A stretch of 14,800 bases of DNA from Octopus sinensis (taxonomy: Eukaryota). The position numbers and the translations under genes are program-made. This document shows positions 1 through 9,000 of the stretch, one piece after another. The stretch is from positions 1 through 14,800 of the forward strand of contig NW_021825619.1 in assembly GCF_006345805.1 (NCBI RefSeq). The letters are read 5' to 3'. Each line of letters opens with the position of its first letter. The first letter of the stretch is position 1. The notes beneath the pieces are model-generated. The model made no database searches and had not been told where the DNA came from. It saw only the letters and a list, made by a program, of their open reading frames with translations.

Positions 1-31
<31 letters not shown>

Positions 32-54
32 ATATATATATGATGTGTGTATAT
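1..54. repeat. (TA)n/(TG)n microsatellite, probably the internal linker of the SINE copy that follows
   Basis: Direct reading; it abuts the 3' half of SINE family A exactly as the internal microsatellite does in the full copies at 2290-2702 and 7830-8240. Confidence 0.85.
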
Positions 55-273
55 ATGTTTGTGTGTGTGTGTGTCCCCAACGTCGCTTGACGACCGATGC
101 TGGTGTGTTTGTTTACGTTCCCGTAACATTAGCGGTTCAGCAAAAGAGACCGATAGAATAAGTACTAGGCTTACAAAGGATAAGTCCTGGGGTAGATTTA
201 CTCGAGTAAAGGCGGTGCTCCAGCATGGCCACAGTCAAATGACTGAAACAACTAAAAGAGGGAGTAAAGAGTA
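55..273 (+). mobile_element. SINE family A, 3' half
   Basis: Matches 8030-8240 (accgatgctggtgtg...agcggttc.gcaaaag.gaccgata.aataagtact...aaaggcggtgctccagcatggcc.cagtcaaatgactgaaacaa) and ends in a taaaagag-type tail. Confidence 0.85.
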
Positions 274-303
274 TGTATGTATGCATAAGTATATCTGTGT
301 GTA

Positions 304-358
304 TAGATATATAGAGATGGATAGATGGATAGATGGATAGATAGATAGATAGATAGAT

Positions 359-393
<35 letters not shown>

Positions 394-432
394 GATAGAT
401 AGATGGATGCAGATAGATAGATAGATAGATAG

Positions 433-485
<53 letters not shown>

Positions 486-494
486 GGATAGATG

Positions 495-556
<62 letters not shown>

Positions 557-570
557 TAGACAGATAGATA
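304..570. repeat. Compound tetranucleotide microsatellite (GGAT/GATA/GACA)n
   Basis: Direct reading; explains the YLSI/CLSV ORFs at 137-670. Confidence 0.95.
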
Positions 571-714
571 TGTTGGTATGTATGCATGTATGTGTAAATG
601 CGTACATAACCGATATGCACACGTTAAAACACAGCAATACCCGGAGACATGCATTCACACACACACTCACACATATACATACACAAGAGTGAGGGTCAAA
701 GGAGACATCCTTCT

Positions 715-965
715 GTCTTTATTATTCTCTTTCTCTCACTCATTCTCTTACTCTCTCTCTCTCTCTCCCTTTTCCTCTCTCCTATTCTCTCTTTTTCTCT
801 CATCATCTCATACACAGATGTCCTATAATTAACTGACACCAGATATATATTTGTTTCTGTCTTTTAGCCCTCCATATCTCTAACACAGGCACACACACAC
901 ACACACACACAACCACACACACATGTCCACACTTTACACATACGCACACACACACACACACACAT
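715..965. repeat. (TC)-rich low-complexity tract and (CA)n
   Basis: Direct reading. Confidence 0.85.
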
Positions 966-1770
966 ACTATTACCGCGACAAAAATCTCTGCTGTCACAGC
1001 TAGTCAACCAGCCAACCAACCAACCAACAAGCCGGCCAGCCAATACTAAATCACATTTTTTTCCATCAGCGCTTTTAATCAGAGTCGGATTTAAACGTTG
1101 TGAGGGCCCCAAGCTACATAAAGTTTGGAGGCCGCTCGTTAATAAAATTACACCAGAAAGTGTCACAATAATCGAAAACATATATGCCTTTTAATTATTT
1201 CGAAATCTTAAGCCGAAGATTGTTTAACATATATCTAAATCTGACATGGCTCTTAATCCAGAGGTCTGCAACGCTATTTCCGTGATAGATTCCCACATAG
1301 TTATTCTCTATCTTTACTGTAAAGTATTCTTAATTAATTATCTTTCGGTGGGTTTAGAAAATTGTTCGTTTTATTCATTTATTTATCTGGGTTTTTTTTT
1401 TTGTTTTTGTAAATGTTCTGTGTCGTATCATAAGGACATAAGGGCAAAGACGACAACTTCTAAAATCTAATAAATTTGCGATATCCTTAAGGCATTGTCG
1501 GTGTCATACCAAAATGTTTGGGCGACTCTATTGAAAAATCGTTGCTTTAATCCTGGTTCCGCTACCCCCATCCACAATCCTCTATCCTTACTGATCCCCA
1601 TATCATCTCTACACCGAGTCTGACCCCCAAAATTTCCCCTAACTCTTTTGTATTTTTCTCTTTATCTTTTTTCCATAAATATGCTATACTCTATTTTCAT
1701 TAAATCCTAAAGTGGTCGTTTATTTTTCATTCTTTTCCTCCGAATTTAACGGTTTCTCGCAAAAAAAAGA

Positions 1771-2287
1771 CCGTAAATCCTCGAGTATAATCCGCACTTT
1801 TTTCTCAAAATTTAAAGGTCAACATCCCTAGTGCCTACTATATACGAAGTTAAAAATGAAAAATATTTTCTAAGCAAAGTCCGATTCTCTATTTGCTGTC
1901 CGGCAATGTTTATTCAGACGCATTTTGTGATGTCGGGCGCGAAAATACCTTAAGCTAAACCTGAAAGCAATGAAGTCATAAAGAATCATTCCATAACTTG
2001 CAGTAGCAACATTTATTAAATAAAAGTATTCAGAACACAGATAACATGTAACAAAACAATTTGCAAACATATTTACATTCCCATATAACAGTTAAGAACA
2101 TCACCATTAGTGTATTACGCGTGCGCGGAAGTGTTTGTTCAACTAGGTGCTGCTGGTTTAATTTCGCACGACTCAAGTTAGAGAAGGGGTGCGTATTATA
2201 CACAATGTTTAGGTTTTTCAGAAGTACAGCCCCCTAAAAATCCCCTGCGTATTATACTCAAGGGCGGACTATACTCGAAGATTACGG
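1771..2287. mobile_element. Non-autonomous Tc1/mariner-superfamily MITE (Tc2/pogo-like CCGT termini), about 517 bp
   Basis: Left TIR CCGTAAATCCTCGAGTATAATCCGCAC (1771-1797); right TIR reverse complement CCGTAA-TCTTCGAGTATAGTCCGCCC (ends 2287), 1 gap and 3 mismatches. TA follows at 2288-2289; the left TA is degraded to GA. Subterminal copies of the TIR core (tgcgtattatac) at about 2190 and 2246. No internal ORF. Confidence 0.8.
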
Positions 2288-2289
2288 TA

Positions 2290-2702
2290 TACTCTTTTAC
2301 TCTTTTACTTGTTTCAGTCATTTGACTGCGGCCATGCTGGAGCACCGCCTTTAGTCGAGCAAATCGACCCCGGGACTTATTCTTGTAAGCCCAGTACTTT
2401 TCTATCGGTCTCTTTTGGCCGAACCGCTAAGTGACGGGGACATAAACACACCAGCATCAGTTGTCAAGCAATGCTAGGGGACAAACACAGACACACAGAC
2501 ACATACACACCACACACACACATTATATATATACATATATACGACAGGTTCTTTCAGTTTCGTTTCCATCTACAAATCCACTCACAAGGCTTTGGTCGGC
2601 CCGGGGCTATAGCAGAAGACACTTGCCCAAGATGCCACGCAGTGGGACTGAACCCGGAACCATGTGGTTGGTTAGCAAGCTACTTACCACACAGCCACTC
2701 CT
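2290..2702 (-). mobile_element. SINE family A, full-length (tRNA-like head, CORE-like block, internal microsatellite, 3' domain, (TAAAAGAG)n tail)
   Basis: Minus strand starts AGGAGTGGCTGTGTGG (A-box-like), then GGTTCAGTCCC (B-box-like) and CTTGGGCAAGTGTCTTCT (resembles the CORE/MIR CCTTGGGCAAGT block); colinear with 7830-8240. Confidence 0.9.
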
Positions 2703-2711
2703 AAAAATATA

Positions 2712-2812
2712 GATATTGGGGTCGATTTGTTCGATCAAGCTATTCGAAACAGTACCCCTTACGACTGCAGTCCAATGACTGAAACAAGCAAAATATAAAA
2801 GATAAATAATCA
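2712..2812 (+). mobile_element. SINE family A-related 3' fragment, diverged
   Basis: ggggtcgatttgttcga...gcagtccaatgactgaaacaag resembles 8157-8220 and 12357-12375. Confidence 0.6.
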
Positions 2813-2890
2813 AATACATGGCCGTTGCCTTCTTTGTGTCTGTTACTGACGTTCGTTTAAGTTCTGTATTTGTTATATCTTTAAGAGTAA

Positions 2891-3100
2891 AGGGGCATGG
2901 CTTAGTGGTTAGGGCATTCGGCTCACGATCGCAAGGTCGTGAGCTCAATTCCTGGTGGCGCGTTGTATCCTTTAGCAAGACACTTTATTTCACATTGCTC
3001 CAGTCCATTCAGCTGGCAAAAATGAGTAGTACCTGTATTTCAAAGAGCCAACCGTGTCACATTCTGTGTCACACTGAATGTCCCTGAGGAACTACATTAT
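2891..3100 (+). mobile_element. tRNA-derived SINE family B, 3'-truncated
   Basis: A-box TGGCTTAGTGG, B-box-like GAGCTCAATTCC, then the central block tcctttagcaagacactttatttcacattgctccagtcc; interrupted by a family A fragment at 3108. Confidence 0.7.
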
Positions 3101-3107
3101 GAAGTAT

Positions 3108-3268
3108 GGCCATGCCGGGGCACCGTCTTGGAGTGTTTAGTCGAACAAATCGATCCCAGGATTAATTTTTATGCTTGTTATTTATTCTATTGGTCTCTTT
3201 GCCGAACAGCTAAGTTATGTTGACATAAACAAACCAGCATCGTATGTCAAGCGGTACGGGGTACAAAC
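3108..3268 (-). mobile_element. SINE family A, diverged 3' half
   Basis: ggccatgccggggcaccg...tttagtcgaacaaatcgatccc...ctattggtctctttgccgaacagctaag...accagcatc...tgtcaagc aligns with 2330-2470. Confidence 0.75.
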
Positions 3269-3292
3269 CCGAAGACATGCATATATGAATGA

Positions 3293-3541
3293 ATACATAC
3301 ATACATCATACATCCATACATACATACATATACATACAGACATACAACATACATACATACATACACATACATACATACATACATACATACATACATACAT
3401 AATACATACTACATACATACATACATCATACAACATACATACATACTAACATACATACATACATACATACATACATACATACATACATACATCATACATA
3501 CAACATATACATACATACATACATACATACATACATACATA
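3293..3541. repeat. (CATA)n microsatellite
   Basis: Direct reading. Confidence 0.95.
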
Positions 3542-3552
3542 GACGTGTGTGT

Positions 3553-3807
3553 GGAGGCGCAATGAACCAGTGGTTAGGGCAGCGGACTCGCGGTTGTAGG
3601 ATCGCAGTTTCGATTCCCAGACCGGGCGTTGTGAGTGTTTATTGAGAGAAAACACCTGATCTCTCCGTCAGTGGGTGGTGGCGATCTATGCTGTACTCTT
3701 TCGCCACAACTTTCTCTCACTCTTTCTACTGTTGGCCTGCTCGCTTTAGCCAGCGGGGTGGTGTCATTTGAAGGCTAAAACAATGCGAAGCCTGGTCAGT
3801 CACGGTG
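3553..3807 (+). mobile_element. tRNA-derived SINE family C
   Basis: Head GGAGGCGCAATGAACCAGTGG (degenerate A-box) and GTTTCGATTCCC (B-box-like); body unrelated to families A and B; ends in (TA)n. Confidence 0.65.
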
Positions 3808-3836
3808 ATATATATATATATATATATTATAATATA

Positions 3837-3929
<93 letters not shown>
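3808..3929. repeat. (TA)n microsatellite
   Basis: Direct reading. Confidence 0.95.
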
Positions 3930-3931
<2 letters not shown>

Positions 3932-4161
3932 CCATGTTTGATTCGCTAGCCTCTGCACGCATTTTTTTCTCTCTCTTCTTTCTGTGTTTCTTCTCTGTGT
4001 ATCTTTCTGTTGAAGAGCGTAGGATCGAAACGTTAAGACTTGTTTTATTTATCTTCCTGAGCGCCATACTAATACAATTGTTTGTTTGTATTCCACCTGC
4101 CTTCGTCCTTTGTTTATTTCCGTAAACCTGCCTTCGTCTTTTGTCTATTTTCATAAAGTTT

Positions 4162-4164
<3 letters not shown>
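3930..4164 (+). mobile_element. Short non-coding element carrying a hammerhead-like motif, flanked by (TA)n (Penelope pLTR/retrozyme-like)
   Basis: Bounded by (TA)n on both sides. Shares gaagagc...gaaacgt, cctgagc, ctaatac and tgta.(t)ccac blocks with the reverse complement of 9000-9130. Confidence 0.6.
4002..4038 (+). ncRNA. Degenerate type-I hammerhead ribozyme motif
   Basis: TCTTT CTGTTGA A GAGC GTAG GATC GAAA CG TT AAGA: core CTGTTGA has one mismatch (A6), stem II has one mismatch, stem III is palindromic ACGT, stem I needs a bulge. Confidence 0.55.

Positions 4165-4245
<81 letters not shown>
4165..4245. repeat. (TA)n microsatellite
   Basis: Direct reading. Confidence 0.95.
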
Positions 4246-4253
<8 letters not shown>

Positions 4254-4265
4254 GGCGTATATGTA

Positions 4266-4363
4266 GTTCCGTCTATCAAATTCACAAGGCAATGATAATT
4301 TCGGAGCTATAATAGAAGACTCTTGCCCAGGGTGGCATGCAGTGGGACTGAACCGAAAACCAC
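4266..4363 (-). mobile_element. SINE family A, diverged 5' fragment
   Basis: gctataatagaagactcttgcccagggtggcatgcagtgggactgaacc aligns with 2605-2656. Confidence 0.75.
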
Positions 4364-4370
4364 CTAGGTG

Positions 4371-4458
4371 TGACTACATAGTCTATATGCTCTTCCTTAT
4401 TTGAAATTGTATGGTGTGATTTAAGGTAAATTTGGTTGTTATTTCTAGCAAGTCGAAT
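4371..4458 (-). mobile_element. Dispersed repeat family D fragment (orientation relative to the 11 kb copies)
   Basis: Reverse complement attcgacttgctagaaataacaaccaaatt...aaatcacacc...aaggaag...tatgtagtc matches pieces at 11094-11200, 11212-11285 and 11845-11875. Confidence 0.55.
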
Positions 4459-4544
4459 AATCATATAGAAGCTGTCCCCCATGTGCCAGAAAGGCTTAAG
4501 GTTTATTCCTTGGTGTTCAATGAATAAATAATGTGAAGAGTATG

Positions 4545-4795
4545 AAAACCTTAAGAATACAAGGAGTTGTCCAAAAACTATTCTTCAGGACACACTTGAG
4601 AGATGGCGAAGGACAGACAGACAGACAGAAAAAATCCTGGTTTGACAACATCAAATACTGGGTAGGTCACAAGACTGCGAACCTGTTAACACATAACAGA
4701 GAACAGAGGCCAGTGCCGACTGCTGACTACGAAAGCGTCTAGAAAAGCACCCCAACGACTGGCTGCATCAGTTAAAGAATCTTGATGATGAGGAT
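4545..4795 (+). mobile_element. RTE-clade LINE, extreme 3' remnant (ORF C-terminus, frameshifted)
   Basis: Joined frames read LSK-TILQDTLERWRR..RQKKSWFDNIKYWVG, matching the typical RTE C-terminal motif (ILQGxxEGxRxRGRQRxxWxDxIxxW); ends in a short gatgatgag tail. Confidence 0.7.
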
Positions 4796-5041
4796 AGAAA
4801 TCTTTTGAGGGAAAACATTAAAAAATGTACTGAAACTCGACTTCTACAAACAGGAATGCTAGTTCCATTCCATTCTATATACATTATGAATACTATACAC
4901 ATCGTTATTTTAATCTAATTTTCTTTCAAATGATTTGATTTTAGCCTGGACACCTTTCACACAAATCATTGAATATTTTGTTAACTGATTTTTCTATCAG
5001 AACGAACGTTTAGACTAAGCTCATAATGTCCAGGTGGATGT

Positions 5042-5086
5042 TCGTCACTGAGGAGACCAAATCATTCGAAACATGGGGTTTGGCGA
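5042..5086 (+). ncRNA. Minimal type-I hammerhead ribozyme motif with complete core
   Basis: TCGTCA CTGAGGA GA-CCAAATCAT-TC GAAA C-ATGGG-G TT TGGCGA: 6-bp stem I (one G-U), CUGANGA, G10.1-C11.1, GAAA, A15.1-U16.1, GUU cleavage triplet (after 5080). Confidence 0.65.
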
Positions 5087-5170
5087 TCACTGACGACATT
5101 CTGAGCGAGCTCTGTTTTTTTTTTACGCATATGACTCTTTGAGAAGCTTCTCTTAGACAAAATAATTATA

Positions 5171-5421
5171 ACCGAATCACTAAGTTGCGAGGAAGGTAGA
5201 CAAACCGTTTGTCAAGCGATGATGGGTCAAATACAAACATAAAGACGCGCATGCACACACACACACTACATTTCTTTCAGTTTCCTTCTATCGGATCAAG
5301 TCACAAGGCTTTAATCGGGGCTATAGTAGAAGACACTTGCCCAAGGTGTCACGCAGTGGGACTGAACTTGAGACAATGTAGTTAGGAAGCAATCTTCTTA
5401 CCACACAGCCATGGCTGCGTC
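5171..5421 (-). mobile_element. SINE family A, diverged copy
   Basis: cacaaggcttt...ggggctatagtagaagacacttgcccaaggtgtcacgcagtgggactgaac...cttaccacacagcc, short (CA)n linker, and part of the 3' domain (tgtcaagcgat). Confidence 0.8.
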
Positions 5422-5490
5422 TACGTCTATACATTTTAAATGTTAATACATATCGTTGTTTACATCTGATGCAGTTTCAAAAACATATTT

Positions 5491-5546
5491 ACTGAAGAGC
5501 GCATACTGAAGAGCATATACTGAAGAGCATATACTGAAGAGCGTGT
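5491..5546. repeat. 14-bp minisatellite x4 (ACTGAAGAGCatat)
   Basis: Units start at 5491, 5505, 5519, 5533. Confidence 0.9.
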
Positions 5547-5894
5547 AACTTCCATAGGTTCTCAGTCAGAAATGGTCTTTAAATTCGTAACGATTTCTTC
5601 TTTCTTTTATTTATTTATCTATCTATCTATATATTTATTTTATTATTTACTTTTATTATTTAAGTTTATTTTATTATTTACTTTTTTTCATTTATTTATG
5701 TGTTTTCATTTTATCAGCAACAATAAACGGTTTTATCTTAATCTTGATAAAATATCTGAGGGACGAAAAGAGGAAAAATCGCGGGAAATGTGCCAACAGA
5801 ATAACAAACACCATGTTCGTAATGTAGAAATTTACTTTGAACTCTTCTCTTAGACATCTTACTACGTTATTTGTTCCCCCATCTGCCCTCTGAA

Positions 5895-5944
<50 letters not shown>

Positions 5945-5967
5945 TGTGTGTGTATGTGTGAGTGTGT
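5895..5967. repeat. (TG)n microsatellite
   Basis: Direct reading. Confidence 0.95.
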
Positions 5968-6297
5968 CCCGGTATTTCATTATTAGCGAGGAAAGCCATA
6001 TTAGTTCAAAATAGCGATCTGTATATCATACTTAAAGTATATATTCTGTTGAAAGCCTTCTAAGCTGCAGTATTCTCCGCGAGACAGCATCCGTTATAGA
6101 CGTATTGTGTTAAAATAAAGCACACAGAAATAAATCAGCAGCAAGCAAAGCTTGCCCAGTGGTGATGAATCAATGTTAAAACCGGATTTCTGCTTGTTAT
6201 ATTTTCATCGGTAGTATCTACTGGCACCGCATTGCTAAGTGAAAATATAAACTGCGAGCTAATATAGTTAAACTGTGGTGGAAAAGTCACAGATATT

Positions 6298-6366
6298 GCA
6301 TATATATATATATGTATGTGTGTATGTATTATTGCATATATATATGTGTGTGTGTGTGTATGTATG

Positions 6367-6397
<31 letters not shown>

Positions 6398-6445
6398 TAC
6401 ATATATAACACATGCATATACGTATATATACATACATATACATAC

Positions 6446-6476
<31 letters not shown>

Positions 6477-6516
6477 CGTGTGTGTGCGTGTGTGTGTGTG
6501 CGTGTTTGTGTGCGTG

Positions 6517-6564
<48 letters not shown>

Positions 6565-6589
6565 CGTGTGTGCGTGTGTGTGTGTGTGT
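6298..6589. repeat. Compound (TA)n/(TG)n/(TGCG) microsatellite
   Basis: Direct reading. Confidence 0.95.
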
Positions 6590-6979
6590 CCATTATAGTT
6601 TGTGCAAAGATCTGCTTACTGAAATCGTTGGCAATAAGTGAAGCATATTATTTGGAAATGTTATCTGGAGATTTTTTGTAATATTGTTGTTCCCACCCAT
6701 TTTATTTCGTGGAAATAAACAAAAAAAAATGAGAAATGTTATTTGTAAAAGTAGAAATTGCACAAAAAAAAACAGAAAAGGGAAGAAACTGATCTCGTAC
6801 TTTTGCTTTATAGCTAATCTGGGGAAGCTAATCTCTAATGTCCAATGTCTGATACTGACTAGGAGATGTGGCAATGTTTAGGACTGGTGACGTAACTAAC
6901 TGAAAGGGTTCTTTGTCTACCATTATAAAAAAAGAATCCTACTTTGATTTAATGTTAATTCAAGCTGCAACGACAGAAC

Positions 6980-7060
6980 GACACCAGCAGCAACAAATAA
7001 TAATAACAACAACAACAACAACAACAACGACGACGATATCAGCGACAATAATAAATAAGA
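6980..7060. repeat. (CAA)n-type trinucleotide tract
   Basis: Direct reading. Confidence 0.85.
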
Positions 7061-7139
7061 AAAGAAAAGAAAACCGCGCTCTGATACTTAGACCGTTTTG
7101 TGTTTGTACTGTAATAAATAATACATGTACACACTCGTT

Positions 7140-7217
7140 ATATATATGTGTGTGGTGGTGTGTTTGGTGTGTGTGTGTGTGTGTTGTGGTGAGTGTGTGT
7201 GTATACTATATGTTAAA

Positions 7218-7260
<43 letters not shown>

Positions 7261-7620
7261 GTATATATAATATATATTATATATATATATAGTATATATA
7301 TTTACATATATATATATAATATTATGTATGTATATTGTATGTATAATATATGTATATGTATATATATATATGTATGTATGTATATATATGTATGTAAATA
7401 TGTATGTATGAGTATATGTATATATGTATATATATATATATTTGTGTGTGCGTACATACTTATCACACATACGTGTGTGCATGTGTTAGTGTGTGTATGT
7501 GTGTATGCATGTCTGAGTGTATGTGTTTTGTGTTTGTGCATGTGTGTATGAGTATATGTATGTATTTTGTGTATGTGTGTATGTTATGTGTATGTGCATT
7601 TGTGTGTGTGTGTGTGTGTG
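7140..7620. repeat. Degenerate (TA)n/(TG)n/(TATG)n tract
   Basis: Direct reading. Confidence 0.9.
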
Positions 7621-7829
7621 GCTCAAACATTTGCTTGTGTATATTTAGATGTAAATAACCACAGCTATATTATACATGAATGCATTTATATTGTATCAAG
7701 CTATTTATTTACGCATTAAAGTTGCAATTACTACGTAAAAAGAGTAGTAATGGTTCCTAACGCGGGCAACAAGCCGCGAAATGCGCGGGAGCGACTGAAG
7801 CCGTTATGTTTTGGCACTTTGCAAAACAT

Positions 7830-8240
7830 AGGGGTGGCTGTGTGGTAAGTAGCTTGCTTACCAACCACATGGTTCAGAGTTCAGTCACACTGCGTGGCAC
7901 CTTGGGCAAGTGTCTTCTACTATAGCCTCGGGCCGACCAAAGCCTTGTGAGTGGATTTGGTAGACGGAAACTGAAAGAAGCCTGTCGTATATATGTACAT
8001 ATATATATATATATGCGTGTGTGTGTTTGTGTGTCTGTATTTGTCCCCCTAGCATTGCTTGACAACCGATGCTGGTGTGTCTATGTCCCCGTTACTTAGC
8101 GGTTCGGCAAAAGTGACCGATAAAATAAGTACTGAGCTTACGAAAGAATAAGTCCCGGGGTCGAGTTGCTCGATTAAAGGCGGTGCTCCAGCATGGCCGC
8201 AGTCAAATGACTGAAACAAGTAAAAGAGTAAAAGAGTAAA
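7830..8240 (+). mobile_element. SINE family A, full-length
   Basis: A-box-like GTGGCTGTGTGG (7834), B-box-like AGTTCAGTCAC, CCTTGGGCAAGTG block, (TA)/(TG) linker at about 7988-8030, 3' domain, tail GTAAAAGAGTAAAAGAGTAAA. Confidence 0.9.
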
Positions 8241-8346
8241 GCTGTTTTCTAACCAAAAGCTTCATCCCCCTCTCTCTGTTTCCCTCCATCTTCTCTATCT
8301 GTACACTCACGCAAATAAATACAGATATTCAGACACATGATCAGGA

Positions 8347-8400
8347 GTATGTATGTATGTATGTATGTATGTATGTATGTATGTATGTACGTATGTATGA
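8347..8400. repeat. (TATG)n microsatellite
   Basis: Direct reading. Confidence 0.95.
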
Positions 8401-8743
8401 GTGCGCGGGGACATAGAAATAATCGGACTGAATACCCGATCGCGCGGTTAAACCATTGGGAGTTAAGGATTCCTAGCCTTTGTTAGGGCATCCTTCTAGG
8501 GGAAGGTAACTCAGGTAACTGGGATAACTCCGACATAAAACCTGCGGCTCAGTGGTTACCGATGATGTTGACTTCTTTTCGGATTATGGCTGCTGCTACT
8601 TAGTGAGTGGGATTGACTCAGTGCACAGCCTTTCCTCACTTTAAAAAAAAATCATCTTGCACAAGCATTGCACGATAACAACATTGATTAAGCTTCGTGC
8701 AATGGCCATACTTGATAACGAGGGGACAGCCACCATATATATA

Positions 8744-8960
8744 TAAGAATGTTTTGCGTAATGAGATAAAAAACCAAGGCTGTATAGCTATTAGAGCATT
8801 TACAGATAGAAGGTCTTACAGCTGTTTCTAGGATATTAATTAATAATATCCCTTTATCGGAGACGACGTGCGAGGAAAAATTAAGTCACGGTTAGTTTCA
8901 ATGTGATACAAAATAGAGAATGAGGTAGAGGAAAGAAAATAGATGTAAGATATGTTAGTT

Positions 8961-8965
<5 letters not shown>
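8744..8965 (-). mobile_element. Short (TA)n-flanked element carrying a degenerate hammerhead
   Basis: TA runs at about 8733-8743 and 8966-8998; hammerhead-like fold at 8813-8864; no ORF. Confidence 0.5.
8813..8864 (-). ncRNA. Degenerate type-I hammerhead ribozyme motif
   Basis: Minus strand GTCT CCGATAA A GGGATATT-ATTAATT-AATATCCT A GAA ACAGCTGT A AGAC: perfect 4-bp stem I, 8-bp stem II (one G-U), palindromic stem III; core differs from CTGATGA by two transitions. Confidence 0.6.

Positions 8966-8998
<33 letters not shown>

Positions 8999-9000
<2 letters not shown>

Noticed and set aside
47-832. Supplied ORFs rich in [10 protein letters not shown] repeats
   Set aside because: Translations of stop-free microsatellite frames; no domain content.
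1180-1234. Imperfect hairpin ATATATG..AATCTT-AAGCCG-AAGATT..CATATAT near a GAAA
   Set aside because: No hammerhead core on either strand; AT-rich arms are plausible by chance.
2891-3630. tRNA genes at the SINE heads (also 7830 and 11682)
   Set aside because: Only A/B-box-like motifs; no complete cloverleaf, and each continues into a SINE body.
5491-5546. CRISPR-like array
   Set aside because: Head-to-tail 14-bp units without unique spacers, in a eukaryotic context with no cas genes.
6135-7658. Long ORFs up to 212 aa (poly-CV, HT, YI, T)
   Set aside because: Entirely explained by (TG)n, (TA)n and (CAA)n tracts; the non-repeat parts match no protein motif I recognise.
8455-8570. HDV-like or twister ribozyme assignment
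   Set aside because: Could not place P1-P4 with an L3 consensus and catalytic C, nor twister signature motifs; kept only as an unassigned structured region.
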